Positions 24,958-38,961 of a DNA stretch of 64,000 nucleotides are shown here, piece after piece. Numbering within the stretch: position 1 is the stretch's first letter; the number at the start of each line of letters is the position of its first letter. The notes under the pieces are model-generated. The model was not told where the DNA came from. It made no database searches and saw only the letters and a list, made by a program, of their open reading frames with translations. The stretch is taken from the NCBI GenBank assembly GCA_013265495.1, contig MU058650.1, positions 771,394 to 835,393 of the forward strand, written 5' to 3'. The DNA comes from Vicugna vicugna. Lineage: Eukaryota. The translations under genes were made by a program, and so were the position numbers.

Positions 24958-27219
24958 TTTTTTTAACTAATAATAATAAAAGAACAATCATAGAAGCAAA
25001 ATTCAAATATAGCTTTCTTCTAGGCAATATTAAAAGATGACAAAGCACCAATGTTCAAACAGGCATTGTATGAGAGTGCCCATCACTTATGCAGATGTGC
25101 TTAATGAATGTATCTTCAATTATAAAGATCCTACTAAAATGTGAAAGCAATTAGATGACAGAACAAACCTGTTAAGTTAACTATTGTAATGATATCCCAC
25201 ACAACTTCTATTTCTTCCATTAACAGCCCTCGAATGCTTTTCAGTTCTCTGACTCTTCAGAAGTTATATCCTACATACTTTTAATGCACAATACTGTTCC
25301 TATGAACTTCTAGTCAAACATACACCTGGTACAGTACAGGATAAGAGTAAACTTTATTCTATGATTAAAACAGAATTTTATTGAAAAGGTTCTAATAAAG
25401 AATCACATAAAGAATATTAGATAACTACTTCATTAAAAATCAGTTTGAAACAAGACCAAGCAAGTTATTCACATTTCAATTTACTTCTCCAATCAGAATT
25501 AATTATTAAAAATCAATTTCAGTCCCATTTAATAGAGATTTAGTTCTCTCTTGAAATGGAAGGAAAAAATGCATATCAATTATTGATCTTACATTCACAC
25601 ACAATACTAAATGAACAGTAAAAATTATCACCACTACTTCTCTTTAATTAATCAATTAGCATTAATTAATGAAGTATCATATTTTAAAGGGTATCTCTGT
25701 CTACTCTCTTACCGGATAACAAAGATCGGCAACACATTGTAATCTGGCTTCCAAGTTTATCATACTTCTAAGCTGATCTCCCTAAGGATTTTCAAATTAC
25801 TAAATCTAATAGATACTTATCAACTGCTACATCCTTTGATTTAAAGCATTTGATCTCTTTACTATATTCTTAGCCTGAAACTCTTCTTATTCCACTTTTA
25901 AATACTCTATTCTTTCCTGGTTCTGCCTTACCACTCTGACCCATTCATTCTTCCATTCAGTATTTTTTAAAGTGCTGACCTTATGTAGTAACTAAAAGAA
26001 AGGTCGTCCCTGACTACAATAAGCGTATACCCTGTGGGAGAACTATTCTCTACGTGACTGTCAGTATAAATTCAATTTCACTTTCTCTTCCATTTTGAGC
26101 TATCCTTCAAATGCTGGGTTCCCTGGTTTCCATCCTTCCAGCCCAAAACCTAATTATCATTCATATTGCAAAGAAAATTACTGTGTTGAACACAAATGTA
26201 AAAACTTGCAGAAACCCCATATCACCTAGGAGATCAATACCCTTAAAGTTCTCTATGCTAATTTCTCTATTCCATGAATAAATTGATCAAAACTCAACAT
26301 GGAAAATGTATTTTATCAAGATCACACAGCAAATAAATACCAGAATCAGAACTGAAAAAAAAAATAAAGTGTGGCCCACAGACTCGCTCACAACCAGCCA
26401 TGAAATATTTGTTAACAGCTCATGATGAATTAAGTACAAAAACTGGGTATTTATAAAACTTTTCTAGCAATCTTAGAGTAATTTTATGTTGGTTCAACCT
26501 ACATAGGAATTTAGACCTATAGTTTATAGTATCTATTTCATTTTTCTATAATTTTTATTGCATTTTACAAAATTATTAGTCCATGATAGACTGGAAAACT
26601 AAAAGGAAAAATAAACTCACTCTGATCCCACACCACAGTCAGAGAAACACTCTACTGAAGAGTGGAACCTTAAGTAACACAGTGTACAAGGCCTTCAAAT
26701 TCAAGGACCAAGGCCTTCTTCAAATTTACTTCTTTTCCAGCTCTTTACAATTATTGTAAACTTTCTGTACATTTTAATTCCTAAATAATTTTAGGCATAT
26801 TTGTACTGCTAGGCCACAATCTTTTCAATAACTATTTGTCTGTTTACAGTTATCTTGTCTTTGCCTCTTTTCCAGGTCAAACACCAAGCTGTACACGACT
26901 TGGTACCTACAGTACTTGGCACAGAGTCAAAAACAAAACCAAAAAACCAGTGGGTACTTAATAAATGATTGACAAGTAGAATTAACAAGCTGGTACCTCC
27001 TCAGACAGACTAATTATACTCCCAAAGCCATTCCTGCTACTTTCCCCTTCTCCTTACTTTTCTACGTTCTGTTCCTCGGGCATGCCAATACAAAGGACAC
27101 TAAATTTTCCTACTTTGGGTGGCCAAGACAGACATACTGATAAGACTAGAAATATGGAATAAGTTCCATATTTGCTACTACATTCACACAGAATATAGTG
27201 CTTATTTAAGAGTCTATGT

Positions 27220-27544
27220 CAGGGTCAATAAACTATGGCCCACAGGCCAAATCCAGCCTGCTGCTTATTTTTGGCTGGCTTACAAGGTAAGAATGACTGA
27301 TATACTATCAAATAGTTGGGGCAAAATGCAAGGAATAGTGTTTCATGACAAACGAAAACTATATGCAATTCTTATTTTAGTGGCCACAAAGTTTTATTGG
27401 AATATAGCCAAGCTCACTCTTTTCTGTACTGGCTACGGCTGCTTCATGCTGTTGTCGCATGAGCAGTTGTGACACACACTGGAGAGCCACAAATGCTAAA
27501 ATATTCACTGTTTGGTCTGTAGAGAAAAAGTCTGCCAACCTTTG
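27220..27544 (+). mobile_element. MER58B-like hAT-Charlie MITE
   Basis: cagggtcaataaactatggcccacaggccaaatccagcctgc...gaaaaagtctgccaacctttg; degenerate 8-bp TSD gtctatgt/atctatat. Confidence 0.8.
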
Positions 27545-27574
27545 ATCTATATTATGCTTCTGCTGATAAAAGTA

Positions 27575-27849
27575 CTGTTGCCTCTTGAACAACACAGGTT
27601 TTAATTGCATGGGTCTACCTCCAGGCAGTCTTTTCAATAAACGTACAGTCGGCCCTCCATATCCACGGTTCTGCATCCATCGTTTGACCAACAGCAGATC
27701 ACAGACTTAATACACAATCCATAGTTGCTGAATCTGCTGATGTGGAACCTGAGGATGCAAAGGAATGACTATGGGACTTGAGCACATCCAGATTTTAATA
27801 TTTGGGGCAGATCCTGGACCAGTCCCACGTGGATACCAAGGGATAACCG
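27575..27849 (+). mobile_element. TcMar-Tigger MITE (same architecture as 9560-9775)
   Basis: TA+ctgttgcctcttgaacaacac ... gggacttgagcacatccagatttt...ggataccaagggataaccg+TA. Confidence 0.75.
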
Positions 27850-27909
27850 TAATTCAAAAATCATTTAATGATTCTTTGTACTAGTGAGATAAAAATGTGC
27901 CTGATAGTA

Positions 27910-28264
27910 CAGTTGGTCCTCTGTATTCTTAGGTTCCACAGCCTCGGATTCAACCAACCATGGAACCAAAGTATTCAAAAACAAAATTGGGGGGTAAGTT
28001 CTAAAAATCAAAACTTGACTTTGCTGCACTGGCAATCATGTACATAGCATTTACATTGTATTTACAACTACTTAGACAGCATGTATATTGCATTAGATAT
28101 CATAAGTAATTTACAGATGCTTTAAAGTATACAGGAGGATGAGAGTAAATTATATGTAAATAAAGTACTACATCTTTTATATAAGGGACTTAAGGATCTT
28201 CAAATTTTGGTACATGTGGGGAGTCCTGAAACCAATCGCACGTGAACATTGAAGGACAAACGCA
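27910..28264 (+). mobile_element. MER2-like Tigger MITE
   Basis: TA+cagttggtcctctgtat, ggattcaaccaaccatgga, catagcatttacattgta, tttaaagtatacaggaggat, agggacttaag. Confidence 0.8.
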
Positions 28265-28859
28265 TTATAAACAGATCCATGTTGTAACAACAGGGTAAGA
28301 GAATGGGATCCAGTGTTCATTAATTTTGTTAAAATGCCTGACTTCCATTTCTGGCCATAATAGTCATAACAAACAAACAAACAAAAGATATAACCTACCA
28401 CTGTTAAAAAAAACCAGACAACAGGGCAAGCAACCATTTTCAGACACTGGACACCAGCCAGTGAACTGCGATCCACGAGAAAAGGAAACAAGATAAGCCC
28501 TAGGACTGCCACAGCTTTCTACCAAGAGACAGCGTTACAGTCCAGAGGGCAGGCCGACAGAACCTGAGCAGAGGTCAGCTTCCTCACCAACTGAACTAGA
28601 ATACATTTTAGCAAACCACTGGAAGTGAAAGGAGATACAGCCATGGAAACAAAGCAAACAACAATAAAAATGAAGCAAATATTAATACCAACTAAGAACA
28701 AACATTTTTACATAAAACAAAGATAATCATTATACAGTTTTGCTTAGCAGTGTCTATGTACAGATCAAGAGATAACTTTGTTTAGAAATATAAAAGTAAA
28801 AGCCAGAAGAAAAACCTGAGAACTAAAAGTGGTTGCTTCCAGGACTGGGCTAGGTCTGT

Positions 28860-29690
28860 CTGGAAAGGTGCTCAGCATCACTATACATCAGAGAAATGCC
28901 GATTAAACCACAGTGAGACACCACCTCACACCTGTCAGGATGGCTGTCCTCAAAAAGACCACAAATAACAAACACTGCGAGGATCTGGAGAAAAGGGAAC
29001 CCTGCACACTGCTGATGGGAATGGAAACTGGTGCAGCCACTGTGGAAAGCAGTATGGAGGTTCCACAAAAACTAAAAACAGAATTACCATATGATCCAGC
29101 AATTCCACTCCTGGGTATCTATCTGAAGAAAATGAAAACACAAACTGAAAAAGATTCTTGCACCCTAATGTTCACAGCAGCATTATTTACAATAACCAAG
29201 ATGTGGACACAATTTAAGTATCCATCAATAGATGGTATATATAATGGAATACTACTCAGCCCTAAAAAGGAAATGAAATGTTGCCTTTTGCAACAATATG
29301 AATGAATTTGGAGAATATTTTGCCTCATGAAATCAGACAAAAAAAGATAAATACTGTATGTTATCCCTTATGTGTGGAATCTAAAAAAAGAAGAAATTAG
29401 TGAATATAACAAAAAAGAAGACTCACAGATATATACAATAAATGAGAGGTTACCTGTGAGGAGAGCAAGTGGGGAAGGGCAAGATAGGGGTGGGGAATTA
29501 AGAAGTACAAATACTATACGATATAAATAAGCTACAAAGATACATTGCACAGCACAGGGAAAATAGCCAGTATTTTATAACTGTAAATGGAGTATAATCT
29601 TTAAAAATTGTGAACCACCTGAAATTTACATAACATTATAAATTAACTATACCTCAGTACAAAAATTAATAAAATGAAAAAAAAAAGAAA
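28860..29690 (+). mobile_element. L1 (L1MA9/artiodactyl-type) ORF2 C-terminus, 3' UTR and poly(A)
   Basis: ORF 28913-29305 (MRHHLTPVRMA...ELPYDPAIPLLGIY...MFTAALFTI) is the L1 ORF2 C-terminal region; ends aattaactatacctc...aataaaatgaaaaaaaaaa. Confidence 0.9.
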
Positions 29691-29729
29691 AGCAAAATGC
29701 ATACACTGCTTTGATTCAAAGCCACTATT

Positions 29730-29926
29730 CCTAGAGAATGTCATTCTAAGTGAAGTAAGCCAGAAAGAGAAAGAAAAATACCATATGAGATCGCTCATAT
29801 GTGGAATCTAAAAAACAAAAACAAACAAACAAACAAAAACAAAGCATAAATACAGGACAGAAATAGACTCACAGACAGAGAATAAAAATGATTATGAATC
29901 AATAAAAAATGTAAAAAAAAAAAAAA
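29730..29926 (+). mobile_element. Young camelid-type L1 3' fragment with apparent internal deletion and poly(A) tail
   Basis: ctagagaatgtcattctaagtgaagtaagccagaaagagaaagaaaaataccatatgagatcgctcatatgtggaatct...tcaataaaaaatgt(A)14. Confidence 0.75.
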
Positions 29927-30599
29927 GCCTAAATGTTAGAAAGCCTTTTCTAGGATTTTGGTAACAAAGGAAAACTTCCACTAGACCAGACTTTCCCACC
30001 AGTTTGGTATTCTGCAAGTTTGTCATCACTGACATTGGTTTCCATTTTTACCTTTTAAAATTTCAACAAATAAGCAGTTATTATTGATCTTAATATTTTC
30101 ATGATTTCTGAACAATCTCTAGAGTGCCTCTAATTATGTCACAGGAAACAGGATGTTCACTTCATACAAGTACCTAGCCAAGGCAGTGAGTAGACTGCAT
30201 ACCAAACTACATCCGCAGAGATGTGTATCCTGGCTCAAGGCTATTTTTTAATTTGCACGCAGGCATTCACAGGACTGCATCTGCTCAAAGGAAGTACCAT
30301 TTTCTAATCCCATAAAGCACCAGATGGGCCCACAGCAGCACTGGTTATGTCTTCTCTTTTCAATTCTTACTGCTGTTTACTTGTGTCTTCTTTCTATTTT
30401 TTCCCTTTGATCAGATTTCCTAGAGGCTTATCTATTTTATCAGGTTTTTTTTTTTTTTTGGAGAATGAACTCTTGGTGTTTTTATAATTTCTATGAATTT
30501 TTGGTTTTCTATTTCTGTAACTTCAGCTTTCATCTGTCCTTCATATCTCATATCTACTTTTTGACGTGTTTTCTCTTCTCTCTCTTGTTGAGTGACTGG

Positions 30600-30810
30600 T
30601 TAAGGCCGCAGGCAGCACAGTGTGGGCTCTGGAGCCAGAGTGTCCATGTTCCAATCCCACCTCGTTACATAACCTTGCAATTTACTTAACTACTTCCAGT
30701 TCCCTCATTTGTTAACATAAACAAAATAATAAGATGTTTTCAGAATCAAATAAATTAATACATGTTATATATTTAGAACAATGTCCAGATATAAAGTAGT
30801 TAATCAATAA
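30600..30810 (+). mobile_element. MIR SINE
   Basis: ggctctggagccagagtgtccatgttccaatcccacctc...cagttccctcatttgt. Confidence 0.6.
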
Positions 30811-31377
30811 ATACCATATATATTTTTTTAGTTACCTTTCATTTAATAAATTCTTCCCTTATTTGACTGAGTCCTACCTAGGAGTTACTCCGTTTCATTT
30901 CAAAAATTCCTAGAATATTGTTTCTTAATATTACCTGTTTTTATTTCATTTTTGCCTCATTTTGTTTCATCATCTTACTCTTCTTAGGAATATTAATATC
31001 ATTCAGTTATCAAAACTAAAGCTATGGAATATACTTAATTTAAAAGTCATTTTAAGACTGCACTATCATGTTAAATTTACTGGCATTAAGTATTTATATC
31101 CCAATTTTTTTATAACTGTCTTTCTCAGGGAAACCTAATGTTTTCTGGCATTCTGTTGTGCAAGCTTATCTTAAATGTTTTTTTTTTTCTCTTTCCTCCT
31201 ATCTCTCTGCCTATTCTTACTCTTCACTAATTGCCAGTTTTGACACTGTCTCCACTCGGTCCATCAGGATTCACCGTATCTCATACAGTGACACTGGGGA
31301 TGTATCACACAGCACAAATAATGGCTACAAGGTGTCTGCTTTCTCTACACTGTCCATCGTGAACAATTTCCTTGAGT

Positions 31378-31818
31378 TGTAGGGAAGGAAAATTTTTCCT
31401 CTAACATTCTAGGTTCTTTTGGCCAGTCTAATAACTGGCATAAGACAAATTAACAGGAGAACAAATTTAATTTTGTACCTATGGAGGCCCCATAGGCTGC
31501 TTATAAAACTTTTTAGATAAAGAGTCAATTATTTGTGAAGATTTGACAAAACAAAGGGTTTTTTGCTGGGTAGCAAATTTTGTTTGTACAGCTTTCTTGG
31601 CCTCGAATTCCCTATCTCTGGCAACAAGGATGCCTTCTAATCTCCTGGCACACGTAGGAAGGATACCTTCCCATGGGAGCTTTGTTTCCTGCTTTCAGAG
31701 GTACATAAAAAGGTCACAGTGTCCTTCTTATACCAGCTGTTTCTCAAGTAACTTCAATTCAAAATAATTAATATGGCCCCTTGGCATATTTGGGGATGGC
31801 CTACCCTGAGCTCCACCA
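31378..31818 (-). mobile_element. ERV1-class solo LTR (MER34/MER39-like laurasiatherian family)
   Basis: TG...CA ends, 4-bp TSD gagt/gagc; the minus strand starts tggtggagctcagggtaggccatccccaaatatgcc...attattttgaattgaag, typical of this LTR group. Confidence 0.75.
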
Positions 31819-34099
31819 GAGCGAGGTAGCCCTAAGCACCCTAAGCCTTTTCCAGACACCTTTATACAGGCACCATCAGACTCGGTTCAGACAGGCTACG
31901 TGTAAGAGAGCCTTTTAATTCCCATCACCTCGCATGAGCTCAGTTCTCAGCCACCCTGCCTGTTTCTGGAGTTGGATTCCTGCAAGCTTCCAGCTCCTTA
32001 CTGTTTTATGCTTCTGTTCAGTTTCCCACCCACAGAGAAATGTATCTTGATTTTGAGCCATGTTACGTCTCTTCCAGTTTTCTCGTTTTATATTTTGTCT
32101 GTGATTGCCATGTTTTTGTACAGAGTGAAGGCCTCCAAGCACTAATGTATCTCAGTCACTGCATCCAGAAATGTTGCTCTAGCTCAATGATTTTCCAAAC
32201 TTTGGGTTGTGGAGACCACTCTGCAAACTCCATGTCAGTACTGAGATTCAGAAAATAAGAAATAAGCCAGACACAAACTGAGTAATACACTCCATCACCA
32301 CATCTCTTAAGTTGCTCAAGCCACCCCGTCAATCCTGGAATTCTTCTAGAGCATAATCCAGAATGAAGGCACGTATTTATCTTAGCCTGTTTTATTTCTT
32401 GTCAAATTGGTATAATGACCTGCCTAACCTCTCTCTCATGAAGTTATTGATAGATACAAAACATACAAGCTTGAGATAATTAAATATTAATGTAAAGAAT
32501 CATTACTAACAAATTATGAGGCAATAGTTAAGACTACAGTTCACTTCACAATTTCAAAAGTGGATTACTTCATGACATGTTTAACCACAATTTTAATTTT
32601 ATTAAGGAAATATCTTCTAGAGCCAGTAATATCTGGCTCTAGCGTAATATGAAACGCCAACTCAATTCTATAGTCTCCTTTTCTTCTTTCATCACTGCTT
32701 CCTTGTAATCCTTACATACAAAACCAGCTATGAGAAACTTTATATCATATTTTAACCAGGTTGCTTTCAACATCTGCCAGGGTGGGGTGGGAGGAAAAGA
32801 GGATGGAGAAGATCTAGACACTTTTAAAAATGGTGATTAACATTGAATTTTTTTCAAATAATAAAATAATAAATTTCAAAATTTTTTTTCGAATAATAGA
32901 ATTCCTTTAGATGTAAAAAGAAATCATAGTTATTTTTAAAGTTATAAAATGGATAAATTTAGGGTCAACATATGTTATTTCATTTGTTATTCATGATGTA
33001 TTTCATACATCAACAATAGCAATAAAATGTAAAAACTGTTTTATATTTTTCCTACTTCAAAATAAACCAATACTTTTCCAGATAGACATTACTGATACAA
33101 TTTTATAAAGTTCTAAAACATATCTACATTTTAACAATCCTGTAACATAGGTATTATTAAGTCGTGTTTTACTAATACTAAGGATCGCATGCAATAAATG
33201 ATGAAGACGTCCCAGACCCAATTCTAGGTCTTTGGCTGTAAAATCCCATGCTATTTCCATTTTGATACTATGTACAGAAGTATGTATTTCTTTACATGCT
33301 ATTTCCATTACTCTATTTCTCTAATAAAATGAGTTAGTAAAAATGATATGTTAGTAAAAACTGTCACTTTTGGAAAGCAAAAGTAATGATACTTTAACTG
33401 GTGATCTGTTTTTCAATTATAAAAAATTCCTCTCACCTAAATGAAAATCTGTCCACCTTCTGACTAAGAATGCTTGAGTATCTTATTAAGGATTCCAAAA
33501 CAAAGCTAAATTTTAATTGCTGGTTTAACATATGTATGAGACTAAGTGGTTTGGGGATGAAAGTAGGCAATCTGAAATATATATCCATAATTGACAAAGA
33601 GTAAGTCATAAACACGTAGTCTTTTCATTTCATTCCACTTGATTAGGGAATTCACAGCATTCAGAATTACTTTTATCATTATATAATCCAGTGGCATTAA
33701 TGTGTCTAAAAAGATAAACAAGATGTGGTACCAGCTGTCAAGGAATTCATAAATAAAAGGACAGAATGAGGGAAGAAAGAGAAAACAGGGGTTTCTAAAA
33801 TATCCATTAGATGACTAAGATAAGCATAAATCCAGTAATATTGCATGACAAGGGCTGGAGAGATGCATGCTTTCTTGGGTACAAGTGAACTGGGTCTTCA
33901 GAAACAAAGAAGGAAGGGTAAAGGGCTTAGAATAAAGGAAATAACCTCACCAGAAGCAACTAAGCCACATTAAGGTTTCTAAGCAAAGACATATTCATGT
34001 TTTAGAAATTTTTTAACTTTATATTATCAAGTTGTCAATAATATCTTAATGGCTCTTGTCTCAAGATAAATAACTTAGCTAAAAGACTAAAGAAGGTGA

Positions 34100-35100
34100 G
34101 ACATGACCTTAGGTTCTTACTCCCCAAATCCAGGGTTCTTCCAACTATACCACAATTGCATGTAGATTAATTCTGGAAGCAATTTAAAGGCCACTTTGAT
34201 GAGCAAAGGAATAATGACAAGGGAGTAACTTGGGATGTTACTGTAATACATTAAGCAAGAGATGATGAGATACTGAACTGGGGTAGTAACTGTAGAAATT
34301 AAGAATGAGTACCATACAGCAGGGAAGGCAGGGTAAAACACTACTACATAATGATAACCTGCATATGCTTCCAGAAGAAGGAATTCAGGACTGCTCCATG
34401 GTTTTTAACTCATGAAATTAGGAAAAGAAAAATTATATATATATATCTATATTTCATATATGTAACTACATATATATATGCATTAGGGAGGGGATAATTT
34501 TATACATTTTGAAGTTATGGTACATCCATAAAAGTCTAGCAGACAACTGAAAATACTGGTTTAGTGCTCAGCATAAAGTTCAGAGCTGCGGTTACAGATT
34601 TGGGACTCACATTCACATAAAGATGGTAACTGAAACCATGAAACTGGGAGACACAGACAGCATGAGAACCGAGGTTTGATCTTGATCTATCTATCCAACC
34701 TCTTCTTCCTGATTCCTCACTCATACCTTACTCTAACCATTCAGAATAACGTTATCACCTTCAAAACAGACCATCTCGCCCTAATCTTTGCTCCCTTACC
34801 CACACTGCTCTGCCTAGGCCACAATTCCTTTTGGTTTGCCAGAGGAGGATGGTAAAGTTGCTCAGAGGAAAGAAAGTTGTTTTTTGTCTATATGTCTGTC
34901 TGTCTGTTTTAAGGAGAGACATTTAAGCATATTTGCAAGTAATGGGAAAGGGACCGACAGAGAGAAAGAAATTGAAGATTCCATGCAAGAGAATAGACAA
35001 CTGGTGGGAACTGATTCCAGAGTACAGAAGAGGAATGAGATCAAGACCACTGGTAAAGAAAGGAGTTAAAGAAACTGAAAACACTGTTCCCACTGTCAAA
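34100..35100. mobile_element. Degraded L2/MIR fragments
   Basis: L2-like text (gttcagagctgcggttacagatttgggactcac...agatggtaactgaaaccatg); low resolution. Confidence 0.45.
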
Positions 35101-37256
35101 TGAAAGATGCAGAAAGACTAATTTTCAGGGAGAATAGACAGACACTGAAAACATACAAATTTATAATCTCTATTTTCCCAGTGAGGTAGGAAGAAAAGTG
35201 ATGGCTAATAATACAACAGGGAAGCTGGGGAGAGTTGCAAAAGCTTTGCATAACCACTAAGTGAAATGTAATTAAGAATTTTTTTTTCATGGGAAAATTT
35301 GCAAGAAAAAAATAGGTCATTCTGAATTTCTTCAGTCTCCTTTCCTTAAATAAATTTTAGAAATTGTATTATTGCGACACAGAGTATGTTAATTTAATCA
35401 CAATTTCACTTAATGATAAATAATGTGCAGCATCGCTAACAGAATGAGAGAAGGAAAAAGGCAAAACAAAAAGGTTACAATTATGTAAATTATGCACGTG
35501 TTTACATATTGATAATAGAAACTTGAAGGAAGCACCGAAATAATAAAAAATGTGGAATTTTTCTTTTTTGCATTATGTTAATTGTGCCAAAATATTTAAT
35601 CTGTTACTAGGAAAGAAAAGAAGAGAAAGAAGAAGGGAGGAAAAAGGAAGGAAGAAAATTCGGAGGGAAATACTTTAAAATATTGATCAGTGGATTATCC
35701 CTGAGTGACAGGATTTGGGGGGATTTTTGTTTTCTCCTGTGTGCTTTTTGCACTTCCCACACGTCTATGAAGAATGTATATTATACTTATACAGAAGTGA
35801 ATTATGAGTATGAATGAAAAAATAAAGAAAAATATACTTCAATTTATTTTTTCAAGCCCATATACAAAACCACTGTAATGGAAAATTTTCTGTTTCATTG
35901 TGTGAGCATTTCTAGGCAACTTAAATTTTTGTATTTATAGCTTGCATAATTGTTGCATATGAAATTGGTTTCAACACATAAGCAAGATTCTCTTTTCATT
36001 ATTTCAAACACCAGCTTATTAATCTAAGACAGAGCAATTATTCTAAATAATTTTTACTTACTTATGTAATTTTAAATTATGCATACCTAACCTTACTTCT
36101 TCTCACCAAATTAAAATTTGAAAGTCAACTCATCCTGCACTTAATTTACTCAAGAAATGAGGATAAATGACTTTAAAGAATTTTCTTAAGAATCAAATAA
36201 ATTTCTGTTACTATCAATAATGGTAGCACGAATAGTAGCACTATACATGCCAGTATCACTGTCTTAAAAAATAAAATCTTATCTTGAAATTCAATGAAAC
36301 AAATTTAGAAATAGAACCTAAGAATTTTGATACGTACATACTTATGATGTACTATAAAAATGGAACCATTTTTAGCTTTCCTAAAAACACTAAATTTGAC
36401 TTCTTATAATTATTTTCAATGATTTGTTATGCATTGTACAATATGGCTGAAGTGATTTTTAAACACACATAAGAATAAAATTTACTTTGGGGTTGGGGTT
36501 GACTTGTTTCCCTAAAAATGTCTTCCCCTTGTATTGCAAAAATACAGTACAATTATTTGACATCATCCCTCCACCTCCCCCCAGAAAACCTGGAAAGAGA
36601 ATATGTAAGAACCAAACCCTTCGAGACACCACACGAGCCTCGAACCCCACTTGAATACTGTCAGGACTCACTATGTCCCGTATGGAGTAGGAGTTCATTT
36701 TTCCCTCAAGTTAAAAATATAACAGAAAAAGAAATGAAATGCTGGTGGTAATAGACTTGGAAGAAAACTAATGAGCACTTAGAGGAAGAGGGGCGAGCTG
36801 GTGGAAGGAGGCTGCTGCTGGGTCATTCTTCCTTCTCCAAAGGAAGCCAACTAGTTAACAGCTTCAGCGCCTGTTGGAGAGCCCTGGCTCAAAATTTGAG
36901 ACAGCCCACCAAATAATTCTTCACCCCAAAATTCAACCTAACAAATATATAATCACAACTACAAAAAAAAAAAATACACGTTTTCTAAATTACTACACTT
37001 CAGAGAATACTCTTCATAAAACAATTAAAAAATATCCCAGACGGCATTACCAATTAAATGTGGCCGACAGGCAGCCGAGTGGGTGCTTGCTGCTGAGTGA
37101 CCAACGCCCACGGGTCATCACCCCACCTAGGGTAACACCTAGCATCCATGCTCAAGATCATGTCAGTGCCACAGAAGTAAGTTTTACAGACAGCAGTCAT
37201 AAAGAGAATAGCTTTTCATTTGGAAAAGTTAAAAAAGTGATAATCTTATTACTTAC

Positions 37257-37349
37257 CTCTACCCCAGATTTTTTTGATGATATCTGTGTTACAGTTTCTT
37301 TGAATTTATTTGCCTTATCAAGCTGGGCTTGAAGCTGTTCAGCTAATTC
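37257..37349 (-). CDS. CWF19L2: CWF19L2 coding exon (~exon 10), ELAEQLQAQLDKANKFKETVTQISSKKSGVE
   Basis: cttcctgtttgaag|GAA...GAG|gtaagt; 93 nt, phase 0-0. Confidence 0.92.
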
Positions 37350-38961
37350 CTTCAAACAGGAAGACAAGAAAAATAGGTGTGATACATAGTTTAATCCACT
37401 TGTAGACTATTTCAAATTTATACAACAGAAGGGAAAACAGCACAGCAAACATCCAAGTAGCTATCACCTAAATGCGCTCACAACTCACAGCATCGTATTT
37501 CTTAATGAATTCATCTGGGTTACAAAATTCTCAAATACCTGTGGCAATTGTTTATGCTCTGAAGGTAAATAATGACAAGGACATATATTTCAGGGAACAC
37601 AGGGTGATGAAGGAAATACGTAACCTTAAGAATGACATTTTTATAATTCCTTAGATACTATAAACTTTCAATACTCAAAATTTCAGCTATTTGTAAAAAG
37701 AAAGCCATCACAAGATTTAAAATATTACTTTCTTTACTGTTGATAAGTAATTTAGGTAAAAATTCTGAATATATTTCATTTTTACTCTAGGAAACCTATA
37801 AAAATTTGTATACAACAATTGACATATAAAGCAATAAATCACAATAAAATAAACAGAATTATATGACAAAGAATAACACTCTCCACTGCAGTGGTTCCAT
37901 GGACACGGAACACTTCTTTTAACATATATTAACCTCCTAGCTTGGTGACCTCTCTTTCACTATTTTAACTAATTTCTCTGTGCTATCAAAACTCAAACGT
38001 TATTTTCCTGCTGTTGGTATCGTTGCTGGTCATGTCTCTCTCAGTAATTTCTGGGTTGAACTTAAGTTCAGTGTTAACCAAGATTCAAAGACAAAGAGCA
38101 GCAACTGTAAGATCTGAATTTTATTAGAGACACAAACTAATAAAAACAGAAGTGTCTTGTTTGGGCACTGTTTGCTCTACTAAAGACGGTTGTACTGATA
38201 GGTCACCAAACCGGAAGACTACTTAAGACCATTTATATCTGGATTTGAGATGCATACATACATACAGCCATGAGGGAGTCAATTTCCTCAAGACATGGGA
38301 AGCTACCTGGCTTTGCTATTCTGCCACATGCAATGTGACATGTATCTGTATAACAGGAATGTGACAATATAACAAAGAGACAGACATAGATCAATAGAAA
38401 AATAGACGTCACTCTTATTAAATCATTTCTGTTTCAATTCAAATTACAGCATTATTACGGGAATTACGTGAGCCAATCTACACAAAGCATTTAACACATT
38501 GTCAGGCAGAAATACACTGCCTTAAATTTTGAAAAAATGAATTAACCATCCCTTTTAGGAACTCATTTTTTTCAGTTCCTAAGTAAGAGAACTTAAGAAA
38601 GTAATACCATTACTAATAAAATATGACTAAATAAAGGAAAGAAGACAGCGACCTCTTTATCTCCCTCAAATATGCTCCATAAATTAGAATCCAAGAATAA
38701 AGCAAATATCCAAGTCAAAAAAGGAAACTGAAAAGCATTTAGTTTCCTAGAATCTTAAATTTTGGAAATTTGACAAAGTACGTAATTCACTTATAAGTAG
38801 ATAGTAGTGTTTTCAGAAGTGTTCAAGAATTTTTTCGAAGAATCAATAAGCAGCAGTTATTTTCAAAATGTGCTACATCCACATAGCTAAGGAACATTCA
38901 AAATTACTTATAAGAAGTTAAATATTCAGTAACTAATCTCCAAAAGACACATAAGTCTTAC

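Noticed and set aside
28913..29305. 130-aa ORF as an independent gene
   Set aside because: It is the C-terminal remnant of L1 ORF2 in a 5'-truncated copy.
32617..32642. Perfect 10-bp hairpin ctagagccag-taatat-ctggctctag
   Set aside because: Roughly one such stem is expected by chance in 64 kb; no supporting context.
33247..33363. Spaced short direct repeats (catgctatttccatt x2; gttagtaaaaa x2), and aaaactctg x3 near 55055-55105
   Set aside because: Only 2-3 short copies, consistent with local slippage duplications; not a CRISPR-like array, and the context is a mammalian intron.
36874..37332. 152-aa plus-strand ORF
   Set aside because: TTG start, runs through an A-tract and antisense across a CWF19L2 exon; no coding signature.
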